From NCBI GenBank assembly GCA_964464605.1, contig CAYXJN010000002.1, positions 248,001-312,000 of the forward strand: a DNA stretch of 64,000 nt, in the 5' to 3' direction. This stretch comes from an uncultured Ignavibacteriales bacterium. GTDB lineage: Bacteria > Zixibacteria > MSB-5A5 > GN15 > FEB-12. The notes beneath the pieces were generated by a model. It saw only the letters and a list, made by a program, of their open reading frames with translations. It was not told the DNA's origin and searched no databases. Below are positions 19,148 to 29,865 of this stretch, in pieces (position 1 is the first letter of the stretch; each line of letters opens with the position of its first letter). Made by a program: the position numbers and the translations under genes.

Positions 19148-19903
19148 TTACGGGTTCTTTTTCTTACCGGTGAAAAAGACAATCAGAATCGAGGCTTCAT
19201 ATAAGAGATACAAAGGGACCGCGAGCATCATTTGCGTGGCAACATCCGGCGTCGGGGTCAGTATTCCGGCAACGATAAGAATAATAACGACTGCATACCG
19301 CCGTCCTTTGCTCAAACTCCGCGCACTGATAAACCCGATCTTCCCCATATAAAAAGCAACAACCGGTAGTTGAAAGCAAAATCCAAAGGCCAATAGCAGC
19401 ATACCGGCAAAGCTGATATAACTTCCGACCGTAATAATCGGGCTGAACAGATCCCCGGAAAACCCGATCATGAATTTTAACGCGAACGGCAGCACAATGT
19501 AAAAGCAAAATGCCGCGCCGGACAGAAACAGAATGGTCGAAACGATGACCATCGGAATCACCGCCCGCTTTTCCTTTGCATATAAACCGGGTGACACGAA
19601 TGACCAAAGCTGATAAAATACGAACGGAATAGCCGCTAACATTCCGGTTATAAGCGCCATCTTAAAATAGGCGTAAAATGAACCCGTTATGTCGGTCACA
19701 TAGAGTTTGATATCCCCAAGCGGTGAGATAAAGAACCGAATTATCGGATCGGCGAAGTAAAAAGCTGCCGCAGTAGTAATCACGACTGCGAGTACGGCTT
19801 TCAGCAGCCGTTTGCGCAGTTCTTCAATATGATCAAGAAAAGGTAAACTGAAAAAACTCGGTTTATTGTTTTCAGATTCTGTTTCGGGTTGGTCAAGCGG
19901 CAT
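19148..19903 (-). CDS. tatC: Twin-arginine translocase subunit TatC
   Basis: FLDHIEELRKRLL, YQLWSFVSPGLY, FQLP, LTPTPD, LYEASI. Confidence 0.95.
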   Translation of the reverse strand: MPLDQPETESENNKPSFFSLPFLDHIEELRKRLLKAVLAVVITTAAAFYFADPIIRFFISPLGDIKLYVTDITGSFYAYFKMALITGMLAAIPFVFYQLWSFVSPGLYAKEKRAVIPMVIVSTILFLSGAAFCFYIVLPFALKFMIGFSGDLFSPIITVGSYISFAGMLLLAFGFCFQLPVVAFYMGKIGFISARSLSKGRRYAVVIILIVAGILTPTPDVATQMMLAVPLYLLYEASILIVFFTGKKKNP

Positions 19904-19918
19904 AGGCAAATCGTGGGC

Positions 19919-20371
19919 TTAATCTCCCAGCGCCCTTTTCATCTCTTCAAAGAATTCGGTTTTGTCTTTGAATTTGCGGTATACTGAGGCGAACCGGACA
20001 TAAGCAATCTCATCGACTTTACGCAATCTCTCAACTACCAACTCACCAATTTCCTGGCTGGTGATTTCATTGCGTCCCTGCGAATTGACAGCCGCTTCGA
20101 TGTCGTCAACAAGCGAGTGCATTTCTTTCGACGACACCGGCCGCTTGTTGCAGGCGAGCTTGAGTCCGTAGAGCACCTTGTTTCGATCGAACGGTTCCCT
20201 TCGTCCATCGGACTTTACCACCACAAGGTTGTCCTGTTCGATATATTCGTAGGTCGTATAGCGCTCTTTGCAGTTGAGACATTCCCGACGGCGGCGTACC
20301 GAACGGCCGTCCTGAGCCGGACGGCTGTCGACTACTTTATCTTCTTCATATCCGCAGCGTGGGCATTTCAT
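19919..20371 (-). CDS. nrdR: Transcriptional repressor NrdR
   Basis: MKCPRC...RRRREC zinc ribbon, ATP cone, AYVRFASVY. Confidence 0.97.
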   Translation of the reverse strand: MKCPRCGYEEDKVVDSRPAQDGRSVRRRRECLNCKERYTTYEYIEQDNLVVVKSDGRREPFDRNKVLYGLKLACNKRPVSSKEMHSLVDDIEAAVNSQGRNEITSQEIGELVVERLRKVDEIAYVRFASVYRKFKDKTEFFEEMKRALGD

Positions 20372-20399
20372 AATAGTAGAGAAACAAGAGTATCAGCAG

Positions 20400-20741
20400 T
20401 TAATCCTCTTCATCCTCAAAGGCGTCAGGATTAGTCGAGGCGAGTATCCATTCCGCATATTCCGGCAGTCCTCCCTCGATTGGGAGTGCGAGGATTTCAG
20501 GAAGTTCATAGGGGTGCTCTTCTTTGACAAACCCCATCAGTTCGTCGAAGCGCAGTTGGGTCGTTTTGATAACCAACAATGATTCCTCATCGACCTGCAC
20601 TTTCCCTTCCCAGCGATAGAACGAGGTGATTCGGGGAATGACATTAACGCATGCCGCCAGCCGTTTTTCAACCAACAGTTTCGCCATCCCTTCCGCTTCT
20701 TCTTTCGGGATAGTTACCAACACGACTCGGATCGTTTTCAT
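20400..20741 (-). CDS. cutA: Divalent-cation tolerance protein CutA
   Basis: LAACVN, SFYRWEG, HPYELPEI. Confidence 0.92.
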   Translation of the reverse strand: MKTIRVVLVTIPKEEAEGMAKLLVEKRLAACVNVIPRITSFYRWEGKVQVDEESLLVIKTTQLRFDELMGFVKEEHPYELPEILALPIEGGLPEYAEWILASTNPDAFEDEED

Positions 20742-20742
20742 T

Positions 20743-21051
20743 TTAGCTGCGCACCTTTCGTCTGAGTTTCCGTTCAACTGATGCAATCTTTCCGGTCAGC
20801 CGGTTTTTCGCGTCCTTGCGATCATCTATTACGATACTGATATAGACTCGATCATGCGACCGCCGCAATGTCCGGCGGGCTTTGTCGATTAAAGTCATCA
20901 CACCATCCCAATCCCCTTCAATCGCCGTTGACATCGCCCCCAATGTGTAGGGATAGCCGGAGCGGTCGATAAGATCAATCACTTTTGCGACTGACGCTGA
21001 ACTGCCGACTGTCGCTTTTCCGGTCGGGAACATGGTAAGTTGAAACAGCAT
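20743..21051 (-). CDS. MTH1187/YkoF family thiamine-binding protein
   Basis: SGYPYTLGAMSTAIEGDW...DDRK...RLTGKI pattern. Confidence 0.85.
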   Translation of the reverse strand: MLFQLTMFPTGKATVGSSASVAKVIDLIDRSGYPYTLGAMSTAIEGDWDGVMTLIDKARRTLRRSHDRVYISIVIDDRKDAKNRLTGKIASVERKLRRKVRS

Positions 21052-21053
21052 GA

Positions 21054-22310
21054 TCAGGCGTGCTGTAAGTGTTCTGCGTAGAGTGGGAATTTTTCACAGA
21101 AGACACGAACCTCTTCCGCAATCTGCGCAAGCATTGCTTCATCGGTACGGTTTTGAATCGCACGATGAATAAAGTCGCCGATCTTCTGCATCTCCTGCGT
21201 TCCCATTCCGCGTGTGGTAATAGCCGGTGTGCCGATACGAATGCCGGATGTTACAAACGGTTTTTCCGGATCGAACGGGACAGTGTTTTTGTTCACTGTA
21301 ATTCCTGCTTTATCGAGCGCGTTTTCGACTTTCTTACCGGTCAGCCCTTCAACACTGACGAAGGAAACTAACATCAAGTGCGTGTCCGTTCCACCGGCTA
21401 CTAATTTATAGCCATGCTCTTTGAGTCGATTGGAAAGCGCTTTCGCATTTTCGACAATACGACGCTGATAGGTATTAAATTCCGGCTGTAAGGCTTCCTT
21501 GAATGCGACCGCTTTGGCTGCGATAACGTGCATGAGCGGGCCGCCCTGAATACCGGGCATGATCATTTTGTCGATAGCCGCCGCATGCTGCTCCTTACAC
21601 ATGATTACTCCTCCGCGCGGGCCGCGAAGGGTTTTGTGCGTCGTGGAGGTAACGAAGTCCGCCATCGGCACCGGGGACGGGTGTATTCCCGCCGCGACTA
21701 ATCCGGCGATATGCGCGATATCGACCATCATCAGTGCACCGCAGGCATCGCAGGCTTCACGAATTTTTTCGAAATTCCAAAAACGGGGATAAGCTGATGC
21801 TCCCGCGACAATCAATTTCGGTTTAACTTCTTTTGCCTGCGCAATGAGTTTATCGTAATCGATAACTTCTGTACCCGGCTCGACACCGTAGGCAACAAAC
21901 TTGTACAGCATGCCAGAGAAGTTGACCGGATGGCCGTGCGTCAGATGTCCACCATGCGAAAGGTCCAGTCCCATCACCGTATCGCCCGGTTTTAAGACCG
22001 TGAAATAGACTCCCATGTTCGCCTGTGATCCGGAATGCGGCTGGACATTGGCGTGATCACACTTGAACAACTGCTTCAACCGCTCACGTGCGAGATTCTC
22101 CGCTTCATCCACCCATTCGCAGCCGCCGTAATAGCGTTTGCCGGGGTACCCTTCGGCGTATTTGTTCGTCATCACCCCACCCATTGCTTCAAGCACCGCC
22201 TCGGAGACGAAGTTTTCCGAAGCGATAAGTTCGAGCTTGTCGTTCTGACGAGTGGTTTCTTTGATCATCAGTTCAAAGATTTCCGGGTCTATCTGCTGTA
22301 AATATGACAT
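21054..22310 (-). CDS. glyA: Serine hydroxymethyltransferase
   Basis: [32 protein letters not shown]. Confidence 0.98.
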   Translation of the reverse strand: MSYLQQIDPEIFELMIKETTRQNDKLELIASENFVSEAVLEAMGGVMTNKYAEGYPGKRYYGGCEWVDEAENLARERLKQLFKCDHANVQPHSGSQANMGVYFTVLKPGDTVMGLDLSHGGHLTHGHPVNFSGMLYKFVAYGVEPGTEVIDYDKLIAQAKEVKPKLIVAGASAYPRFWNFEKIREACDACGALMMVDIAHIAGLVAAGIHPSPVPMADFVTSTTHKTLRGPRGGVIMCKEQHAAAIDKMIMPGIQGGPLMHVIAAKAVAFKEALQPEFNTYQRRIVENAKALSNRLKEHGYKLVAGGTDTHLMLVSFVSVEGLTGKKVENALDKAGITVNKNTVPFDPEKPFVTSGIRIGTPAITTRGMGTQEMQKIGDFIHRAIQNRTDEAMLAQIAEEVRVFCEKFPLYAEHLQHA

Positions 22311-22388
22311 ATGGGTACTCTTATGTTTCCTTTGACTATAATCTATTCGGGAAAGAAAGGAAGGTCAACGGAATCTAACTGTTACTGA

Positions 22389-22838
22389 TTAGAGTTTGCT
22401 GGCGAGTTCTTCGGCGCTGATTTTTTCGACACGGCGTTCGTGGCGGCCCCCTTCAAACGGGGTATTGATAAATGCAGTGAGAATCGCTTCGAGCTGGTCT
22501 TCTGGGGTATATTTCTGGGAAAGTGCCATGACATTGGCGTTGTTGTGCGCGCGGGTGAACTGCGCCATTTCCGAATTGAGCACTAACCCTGAACGTATCC
22601 CCTTCACTTTGTTCGCGGCGATATTCATCCCGTTGCCAGTCATGCAGACCGTGACGCCGAAATCCGCACCGTTTCCGGCGACCAGCTTTGCGACTTTGAC
22701 GCCGAAATCAGGATAATCGACCGATTCGGTGGAATAGGTGCCGACATCGACAATCTCATACCCCATCCGGGTCAATAGTGCTTTGACTTTTTCTTTGAAA
22801 GCAAACCCGGCGTGATCTGCGCCGACTGCAATTTTCAT
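22389..22838 (-). CDS. rpiB: Ribose-5-phosphate isomerase B
   Basis: GADHAG, DYPD, C-x-TGNG, AHNNAN, FEGGRH. Confidence 0.93.
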   Translation of the reverse strand: MKIAVGADHAGFAFKEKVKALLTRMGYEIVDVGTYSTESVDYPDFGVKVAKLVAGNGADFGVTVCMTGNGMNIAANKVKGIRSGLVLNSEMAQFTRAHNNANVMALSQKYTPEDQLEAILTAFINTPFEGGRHERRVEKISAEELASKL

Positions 22839-23785
22839 TTGTAGGCGGGAACCGTGGCGTTAGCCGGTATATGCGTCAGCCAGCCGAATTTGTCAGGCGC
22901 GGTCCCGTTCACGATACCAAAAAATGCGCTTTGCAGCTTCTTGGTAATCGGCCCGATTTTTCCTTCCCCTACCTGTACCTGATCGACGCGGGAAATCGGT
23001 GTGACTTCAGCGGCGGACCCGGTGAAGAAGACTTCGTCGGCGATATAGAGTAACTCGCGGGGGATTTTCGTTTCTTTAACCGTTAATCCCATTCCCTGCG
23101 CGAGCTGAATAATGGAATCACGGGTAATACCGGCTAAAATAGCGGAATCAAACGACGGCGTTAACAGTTCACCGCGGTAAACGACGAAGATATTTTCGCC
23201 GGAACCTTCGGAGACATAGCCGTAAGAATCAAGCGCGATCCCTTCAACGTACCCGTGCCGTTTCGCTTCCATCTTAATAAGCTGGCTGTTCATATAATTC
23301 GCGCCGGACTTTGAAAATGACGGCATGGTGTTCGGAGCGAACCGATTCCATGAGGATACGCAGACCGAGACACCGTTATCGACCGCATCAGGGCCGAGAT
23401 ACTGTCCCCATTGCCAGGTTGCGATAGCGACATCAATCGGTGAGCCTGTCGGGTCAACACCGCGACGGCCATAGCCGCGGTAGACCAGTGGACGAACATA
23501 GCACTCTTCAAAATTATTTGTTTTCACCAGTCCGAGAACCGCGTTGTCGATCTCTTCGTAGGTGTAGGGGATATCCATGTAATAGATTTTGGCGGAGTTA
23601 AACAGGCGGATAGTGTGGTCGCGTAGACGGAATGCGGCCGGACCATTTTTGGTCTTGTACACACGGAAGCCTTCAAACACCGATGAACCATAATGGATCA
23701 CGTGCGAAAGAATATGAATACGGGCGTCATCCCACTTCACAAGTGAGCCGTTCATCCAAATGTATTCGGCTAATGGTGCTGACAC
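22835..23785 (-). CDS. ilvE: Branched-chain amino acid aminotransferase
   Basis: HYGSSVFEG, EGSGEN, LAGITR, ADEVFFTGSAAE. Confidence 0.95.
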   Translation of the reverse strand: MSAPLAEYIWMNGSLVKWDDARIHILSHVIHYGSSVFEGFRVYKTKNGPAAFRLRDHTIRLFNSAKIYYMDIPYTYEEIDNAVLGLVKTNNFEECYVRPLVYRGYGRRGVDPTGSPIDVAIATWQWGQYLGPDAVDNGVSVCVSSWNRFAPNTMPSFSKSGANYMNSQLIKMEAKRHGYVEGIALDSYGYVSEGSGENIFVVYRGELLTPSFDSAILAGITRDSIIQLAQGMGLTVKETKIPRELLYIADEVFFTGSAAEVTPISRVDQVQVGEGKIGPITKKLQSAFFGIVNGTAPDKFGWLTHIPANATVPAYK

Positions 23786-23973
23786 AAATCCTCCAGTTTA
23801 CGGCTCCTCCTGCCGTTATGGTTATCGTCACTCCCCTGAGTTCGTTAAGCGAACATACGTGCGATTAGTGCATCACACAAGCATTCGCTAAAAAATATAA
23901 TGGCTAAGCTGAAAAACGCTAACGTTTTCCATCAAAAAAGCGCCCCAACTGCTTAAAAATCAGTAAGTAATGG

Positions 23974-24543
23974 CTACTCTGTCCGGCGACCGACAAACTT
24001 CCAAACGGTGGGCAAAACGACCGCTGCAGCGGCAGTTTTGATACCCGTCCCGATCAAAAACGGAGTCAGCCCAGCAGCCAGTAAACCTTCCGCCGGAACG
24101 AACCGAGAAAGCCAGGCTAAACCGGCGGTAAAAATCACCGCATGGCCAATGGTCATAGCGAAAATCGATTTTAGGTAGCCGCGATCCCATCCGGAATCGG
24201 CTAAGAACCCGACTATCCAGGCAGCCGCTGCAAAGCCGATTAGATAGCCTCCGGTCGGGCCGACCAGATGGTGCGCACCCGCCGCACCTCCGGCAAAAAC
24301 CGGCAATCCGGCAGCACCTTCAAGCAAGTAGGCAACTACCACACCGGTGCCGCGCACCCGTCCGAGCGCCATCGCGATCAAGAGCACGCCGAAAGTTTGT
24401 CCGGTAATCGGGACCGGCGAAAAGGCTAACGGGATTTCGATATAGGCGGTCAAAACCAACAACAGGTTGGCGCTGATCAACAATGGGATTTCCAGCCACC
24501 TATTGGCCAGTCTGACGAGAGTAGCATACATTGAATGCATCAT
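23974..24543 (-). CDS. bioY: Biotin transporter BioY
   Basis: PVPITGQT, GLPVFAGG, GPTGGYL. Confidence 0.93.
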   Translation of the reverse strand: MMHSMYATLVRLANRWLEIPLLISANLLLVLTAYIEIPLAFSPVPITGQTFGVLLIAMALGRVRGTGVVVAYLLEGAAGLPVFAGGAAGAHHLVGPTGGYLIGFAAAAWIVGFLADSGWDRGYLKSIFAMTIGHAVIFTAGLAWLSRFVPAEGLLAAGLTPFLIGTGIKTAAAAVVLPTVWKFVGRRTE

Positions 24544-24604
24544 TACACCTATTCGTTATGTTCTTCTGACCGTAATCTATACCGCCTCAGCACTTGAGCA
24601 AGTT

Positions 24605-25744
24605 TTACTTTAACTCTTTCATCAACTCACGCGCGATAACCATCCGCTGAATTTCGGAGGTTCCCTCACCGATTTCGCAGAGCTTCACATCCCGCCACAT
24701 CCGTTCGACCGGGTACGGTCCGGTCAAAAAGCCGATACCAGCTAACACGCTAAGCGACGTTTCGCAGACACGTCGTCCGACTTCGGATGCGTAGAGCTTA
24801 CAAATAGCCGAGTACTTGGTGAACTTTTCGCCGGAATCTTTGCGTCGGGCAGCATCATAAATAAGCAAACGCGCCGCCTCAATTTCCGTAAACATATCAG
24901 AAAGCTTATGCTGAATCGCCTGATTCTCGACAATCGGTTCGCCGAACTGCTTGCGTGTGGATGCATAGTGCAAAGCGCACTCGAACGCACCCTGCGCCAA
25001 GCCGAGCGCCATCGCACCGATAGAAATGCGGCCGCCGTCGAGCGTGATAAGCATCTGCTTGAAACCCTGCCCTATTTCACCGAGCTGGTTTTCAAACGGA
25101 ACATGCATATCATCGAAGTGCAAGAAGGCGGTATCGGAACCGCGTAGACCGAGCTTGTTTTCTTTTTTGCCGACCGCGTATCCCTTCCACGCTTTCTCAA
25201 CAATGAAGGTCGTGATCGCTTTGTCATTCGGGTCTTCGGTTGTTTTTGCAGTAGCAACAGTACAAAACGCCTGCGGTGCGGAGGTAATCCAACACTTGCT
25301 GCCGTTGATTACCCAGTCAGTCGCCGTTTTACGCGCATAGGTACGGGTACCACCGGCATCAGATCCGGCATCTGGTTCGGTTAATCCGAACGAAATGAAT
25401 TCACCTTTGACTGCACGCGGGAGATATTTTTTGCGCTGTTCATCGGTGCCAAAGCGGTAAATCGGAAAGGTGCCAAGCGAGTTATGCGCGGCAACAATAA
25501 TCCCCGTCGAACCGCAGACACGACAGAGTTCTTCGATAGCAATTGAATAGGAAATCGAATCAACTTTTGTACCGCCATACTCCGGCGGGACAAGCATGCC
25601 GAGAAAACCCTCATCAGCTAACGGTTTGATATGCTCTACCGGAAAGCGCTGCTCCTCATCGAGCCTGTTCGCCAGCGGTTTGACCTGTTTTTCAGCAAAT
25701 GCCCGGACTCGTTCACGCCATTCATGATGTTTTGTTTCGAGCAC
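24605..25744 (-). CDS. Acyl-CoA dehydrogenase
   Basis: FGLTEPDAGSD, NGSKCWIT, RKQFG, EIGEGTSEIQR. Confidence 0.93.
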   Translation of the reverse strand: MLETKHHEWRERVRAFAEKQVKPLANRLDEEQRFPVEHIKPLADEGFLGMLVPPEYGGTKVDSISYSIAIEELCRVCGSTGIIVAAHNSLGTFPIYRFGTDEQRKKYLPRAVKGEFISFGLTEPDAGSDAGGTRTYARKTATDWVINGSKCWITSAPQAFCTVATAKTTEDPNDKAITTFIVEKAWKGYAVGKKENKLGLRGSDTAFLHFDDMHVPFENQLGEIGQGFKQMLITLDGGRISIGAMALGLAQGAFECALHYASTRKQFGEPIVENQAIQHKLSDMFTEIEAARLLIYDAARRKDSGEKFTKYSAICKLYASEVGRRVCETSLSVLAGIGFLTGPYPVERMWRDVKLCEIGEGTSEIQRMVIARELMKELK

Positions 25745-25747
25745 TGC

Positions 25748-26890
25748 TTATCCTTTCAACACGTCACGGGAAATAGTGAGTAATTGCGCTTCGTTGGTAC
25801 CTTCAAAAATCTCGGTACCACGGGCATCACGGTAATAGCGCTCAACGGCATATTCCTTGATATAGCCGTAACCGCCATGAATCTGCACCGCTTCGTTGCA
25901 GACATAATTGGCTGCGCGGGAGCAGAAGAGTTTGGCCATAGATGCTTCCCGGTGAAACGGCTGTCCGGCATCTTTGGCAAATGCCGCCTTATATGCCAGC
26001 AGTCTTCCCGCTTCAATACGGGTGAGCATTTCAGCGAGTTTGAATTGTATCGCTTGAAATTCGCTGATCGATTTACCGAACTGTTTGCGTACCTGCGAAT
26101 ATTTTAAGGCTTCTTCATAAGCTGACCGGGCAATACCGAGTGATTGAAACGCCACACCGATACGGCCGGAATTAAGAATCGATAAAGCCATCTTGAGACC
26201 GTCACCGCGTGAACCGAGTAAATTTTCAGCCGGAACTTTTACGTTCGTGAAAGTCACATTGCGGGTATCAGATGCTTTCAAGCCACTTTTATTCATCGGC
26301 GCGCTTAACGTGATACCAGCAGATTTAGCATCAACTGCGAAACAGCTAATTCCTTTGCGCCCTTTGTCCGGATCAGTTTTTGCAAATACGATATAAAGTC
26401 CGGCGAAATTCGCGCTGGTCACATACCATTTGGTGCCGGAGATGATATACGAATCCCCCTGCTGTTCCGCTTTGGTGACAAGTGAGGATGCATCAGTACC
26501 GGCCTCTTCTTCCGTCAGGCAATAGGCACCGATCAAATCACCTTTAGCTAACTGCGGCAAATATTTCTTTTTGGTATTGTCTGTGCCGTACTCTTTGATA
26601 ATCTGACACACCAGTGAATTATGCAGCGATACCATCAATCCGAACGCTGCGCTGGCAGCGGCAAACTCTTCAAGCATCCCCATAAAAGAAACTGTGCTCA
26701 GACCTAAGCCGCCGTAGCTTTCATCGACTAAGCAGCCGAAGTAGCCGAGTTCAGCGGTTTCTTTGATCAGTTCATCCGGCAGTTTCTGATGTTCATCGAA
26801 TTCGATTGCCTGCGGATACAATCGTTTATCGCAAAAATCACGAGCGAGTTCTTTAAGTTCCTGATCTTCAGCAGTTAAGGAAAAATCCAT
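25748..26890 (-). CDS. Acyl-CoA dehydrogenase
   Basis: CLTEEEAGTD, RKQFG, QIHGGYGY, EIFEGTNE. Confidence 0.93.
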   Translation of the reverse strand: MDFSLTAEDQELKELARDFCDKRLYPQAIEFDEHQKLPDELIKETAELGYFGCLVDESYGGLGLSTVSFMGMLEEFAAASAAFGLMVSLHNSLVCQIIKEYGTDNTKKKYLPQLAKGDLIGAYCLTEEEAGTDASSLVTKAEQQGDSYIISGTKWYVTSANFAGLYIVFAKTDPDKGRKGISCFAVDAKSAGITLSAPMNKSGLKASDTRNVTFTNVKVPAENLLGSRGDGLKMALSILNSGRIGVAFQSLGIARSAYEEALKYSQVRKQFGKSISEFQAIQFKLAEMLTRIEAGRLLAYKAAFAKDAGQPFHREASMAKLFCSRAANYVCNEAVQIHGGYGYIKEYAVERYYRDARGTEIFEGTNEAQLLTISRDVLKG

Positions 26891-26898
26891 TAGGTATC

Positions 26899-27762
26899 CT
26901 ACTTGTTGTAGACATAAAACCCGCGACCGCTCTTGCGGCCGAGGTATCCGGCTTGCACCATTTTCTTAAGCAGCGGACAGGGGCGATATTTCGGATCACC
27001 CAATCCCTCATGCATCACTTCGAGAATTGCGAGGCAGACATCCAAACCGATAAAATCAGCCAGCGTGAGCGGTCCCATCGGATGTGCCATGCCGAGCTTC
27101 ATCACTTCATCGATGCCTTCAGCCGAAGCAACACCTTCCTGAAGCGTAAAAATCGCTTCGTTGATCATCGGCATCAAAATACGGTTAGCGACAAAACCGG
27201 GATAATCATTTACCTCAACGGGTGTCTTCCCCAACTTGACAGAGAGATCACGTATCAAAGCGTAGGTGTCGTCAGTGGTAGCCATACCGCGAATGACTTC
27301 AACAAGTTTCATCATCGGAACCGGATTCATGAAATGCATGCCGATAAACTTATCAGCGCGTTTCGTTCCCGAAGCTAGCTTGGTAATCGGCAGCGATGAT
27401 GTATTCGAGGCGAAAATGGTTTCCGGCGGGCAGATAGTTTCAAGCTGTCCGAATATTTTTAATTTGATATCGAGATTTTCCGAAGCTGCTTCGATTACCA
27501 ACTGCGATGTCTTCGCTTTTTGCAAATCGCTGGTCGCTTCGATCTTTTTGAGCGTATCAGCTTTGGCTGTTTCAGTGATCGCTTCTTTTTTGACCAGGCG
27601 ATCAAGCGAACCTGAAATAGATGCGACCGCTTTGGTCAAGGCTGCTTCGTTGATATCGACTAATTTTACCGAATAGCCGGTCATGGCAAATACCTGGGCG
27701 ATACCGTTCCCCATCGTACCGCTGCCGATAACGGTCACTTCTTTTATAGCATCAAGAGTCAT
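26899..27762 (-). CDS. hbd: 3-hydroxybutyryl-CoA dehydrogenase
   Basis: GSGTMGNGIA, SNTSSL, GMHFMNP, HPMGPL; start reassigned to ATG 27762. Confidence 0.93.
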   Translation of the reverse strand: MTLDAIKEVTVIGSGTMGNGIAQVFAMTGYSVKLVDINEAALTKAVASISGSLDRLVKKEAITETAKADTLKKIEATSDLQKAKTSQLVIEAASENLDIKLKIFGQLETICPPETIFASNTSSLPITKLASGTKRADKFIGMHFMNPVPMMKLVEVIRGMATTDDTYALIRDLSVKLGKTPVEVNDYPGFVANRILMPMINEAIFTLQEGVASAEGIDEVMKLGMAHPMGPLTLADFIGLDVCLAILEVMHEGLGDPKYRPCPLLKKMVQAGYLGRKSGRGFYVYNK

Positions 27763-27775
27763 CTGTTTTCCCGCG

Positions 27776-28966
27776 TTATACGATTTCAATTCCCATCGCG
27801 ACCGCGTTACCGCCGCCGAGACACAACGTTGCCATACCGTTTTTCTTGCTGCGATCTTTGAGCGCGTAAATAAGCGTGGCCAATACGCGCGCGCCGGATG
27901 CGCCGATCGGATGCCCGAGCGCAATGGCACCGCCATTCACGTTTACCCGGTTCCAATCCCAACCGAGCGCGATACCATCAGCCAGTGCCTGTGCGGCGAA
28001 CGCTTCATTCGCTTCGATCAAATCCCAATGGTTGATATCAACGTTCATTTTCTTCATCAGCTTTTGCACGGCGGTAATCGGGGCGAAAAATAACTCTTCC
28101 GGCGTCATTCCGGAAACCGCGTAGTCGACAATCCGTGCTAAGGGACGCAGTCCCTTTTGTTTCATAAAAGTCCCAGACACTACAACTACCGCCGCAGAAC
28201 CATCATTCAATCCCGGCGCGTTGCCGGCAGTGACGGTGCCATCTTTTTCAAAGGCCGGTTTCAGTTTGGCGAGCGCTTCGATAGAGATAGTAGCGCGCGG
28301 AGATTCATCAACACTGAATGCGACCGATTCTCCTTTACCCTTAGGAACATCAATTGCGAAGATTTCCTGATTGAATTTTCCGGCGGCCTGCGCGGCGAGT
28401 GCCTTTTTGTGAGAGTTAAGCGCGAATTCATCCTGCATTTCACGGGTGATATTCGCTTTTTTACGGGTAAGCTCGGCGGCGCTTCCCATATGAAAATCAT
28501 TAAAGCTGTCCCAGAGACCGTCGGTAATCATAATGTCGAGCATCTTCTGATGACCAAACTTAAATCCGGTCTTGGCACCCTGCAAAATCAGCGGCGTTTG
28601 GGACATCGATTCCATCCCACCGGCTACGATACAATGCTCATCCCCGGCGCGAATCGCCTGCGCCGCGAGCATAACTGCTTTTAATCCTGATCCGCAAACT
28701 TTGTTGATCGTAATAGCAGCTGCTTCTGCCGGAACACCGCCGTGGATTGCGGCCTGACGGGCGGGCGCCTGACCGGCCCCCCCCTGCACGACCTGCCCCA
28801 TGATGACTTCTTCGACATCGGTAGGAGCGATACCGGCGCGTTTGATGGCTTCTTTTATGGCAAAGGCTCCCAGTTTTGGAGCCGGAATAGATCCCAATGA
28901 ACCATGAAGTGTGCCGATTGCGCTGCGGCAGGCTGAGACTATATACGCATTTTCTCGTTGTGACAT
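27776..28966 (-). CDS. Acetyl-CoA C-acetyltransferase (thiolase)
   Basis: NKVCGSG, NEAF, GHPIGASG, CLGGG; start ATG 28966. Confidence 0.95.
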   Translation of the reverse strand: MSQRENAYIVSACRSAIGTLHGSLGSIPAPKLGAFAIKEAIKRAGIAPTDVEEVIMGQVVQGGAGQAPARQAAIHGGVPAEAAAITINKVCGSGLKAVMLAAQAIRAGDEHCIVAGGMESMSQTPLILQGAKTGFKFGHQKMLDIMITDGLWDSFNDFHMGSAAELTRKKANITREMQDEFALNSHKKALAAQAAGKFNQEIFAIDVPKGKGESVAFSVDESPRATISIEALAKLKPAFEKDGTVTAGNAPGLNDGSAAVVVVSGTFMKQKGLRPLARIVDYAVSGMTPEELFFAPITAVQKLMKKMNVDINHWDLIEANEAFAAQALADGIALGWDWNRVNVNGGAIALGHPIGASGARVLATLIYALKDRSKKNGMATLCLGGGNAVAMGIEIV

Positions 28967-29198
28967 CTTTATCCTCGTTAGTAAGTGACTTAGCATATCT
29001 ATATACCGTATGCGCCATGGGAAATCAAGTAAACCGGGGGATAAATCTCTCTTTCCAAATCCCCGATAAGTCGTTTAACTGCAACGAGAACGACGATGCC
29101 GGCTTGCTTCATTCTGAAACACCGGTCGGATCGGCCGGTAAATAGAATTTCCGGTCCGTCCGATATATATGTCGTACCCCTTAACGTGGAGAAAATGG

Positions 29199-29801
29199 AT
29201 GAAAAAGCTCTTTTGGTCTTTGATTATTCTGTTAACCCTCACCGCCTCTGCTTTCGCCCAGGCTCCGAAACCGACCCCGTTTAGCTTGTATGCTGGCGGC
29301 GCAGTAACGATGCCGAATTCACCGGATGGTTTCAGTGAAAACTATAATACCGGCTACCACTTCTTTGGCGGCGTCGGTATGAAAATGATGGCGATGATGC
29401 AGCTCATCGGTAAAGCCGAATACACTAACCTCTCTTTCGACTTCGGTGATGAAACCGGTGTTGAAGGCGGCAACGCGGCGATCTGGATGTTCGGTGCCGA
29501 CAGCCGTTTCTCATTCGGCGCTCCGGCCGTTCCGTTCAAGCCGTTTCTTTTTGGCGGCGCCGGTATGGCCAATATCAAAACTTCAGAATTTTCAGGCAGC
29601 GACGATGTTCTGGTCACCGCTTACAACGATGAAGCCGGTGATGTTTCCATGAGCGATTTCTATTGGAACGTCGGTGCCGGTTTTGAATTCAAAACCAGCC
29701 CGATGATGAGCTTCTTCGTGCAGGGACGCTTTGTCAGCATCGCCACTGAAGGTGATCCGACCGTGATGATTCCGTTCAGCTTAGGATTGAAATTTTTCTA
29801 A
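29199..29801 (+). CDS. Outer membrane beta-barrel protein
   Basis: Signal peptide MKKLFW...AFA, beta-strand pattern, C-terminal GLKFF. Confidence 0.8.
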   Translation: MKKLFWSLIILLTLTASAFAQAPKPTPFSLYAGGAVTMPNSPDGFSENYNTGYHFFGGVGMKMMAMMQLIGKAEYTNLSFDFGDETGVEGGNAAIWMFGADSRFSFGAPAVPFKPFLFGGAGMANIKTSEFSGSDDVLVTAYNDEAGDVSMSDFYWNVGAGFEFKTSPMMSFFVQGRFVSIATEGDPTVMIPFSLGLKFF

Positions 29802-29836
29802 CTCATCCAAGATGTGTGGATGCGTTTCTCTTGCTC

Positions 29837-29865
29837 GGACCGGGTGCGTTACCCGGTCCTTTTTT
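29837..29865 (+). terminator. Intrinsic terminator
   Basis: GGACCGGGT-gcgtt-ACCCGGTCC followed by a T tract. Confidence 0.8.

Noticed and set aside
23822..23850. ZMP/ZTP riboswitch similarity (CAGGGGAGUGACG) upstream of ilvE-rpiB-glyA
   Set aside because: The conserved 5' GACUGGCG and 3' GCCUGGGC elements are absent.
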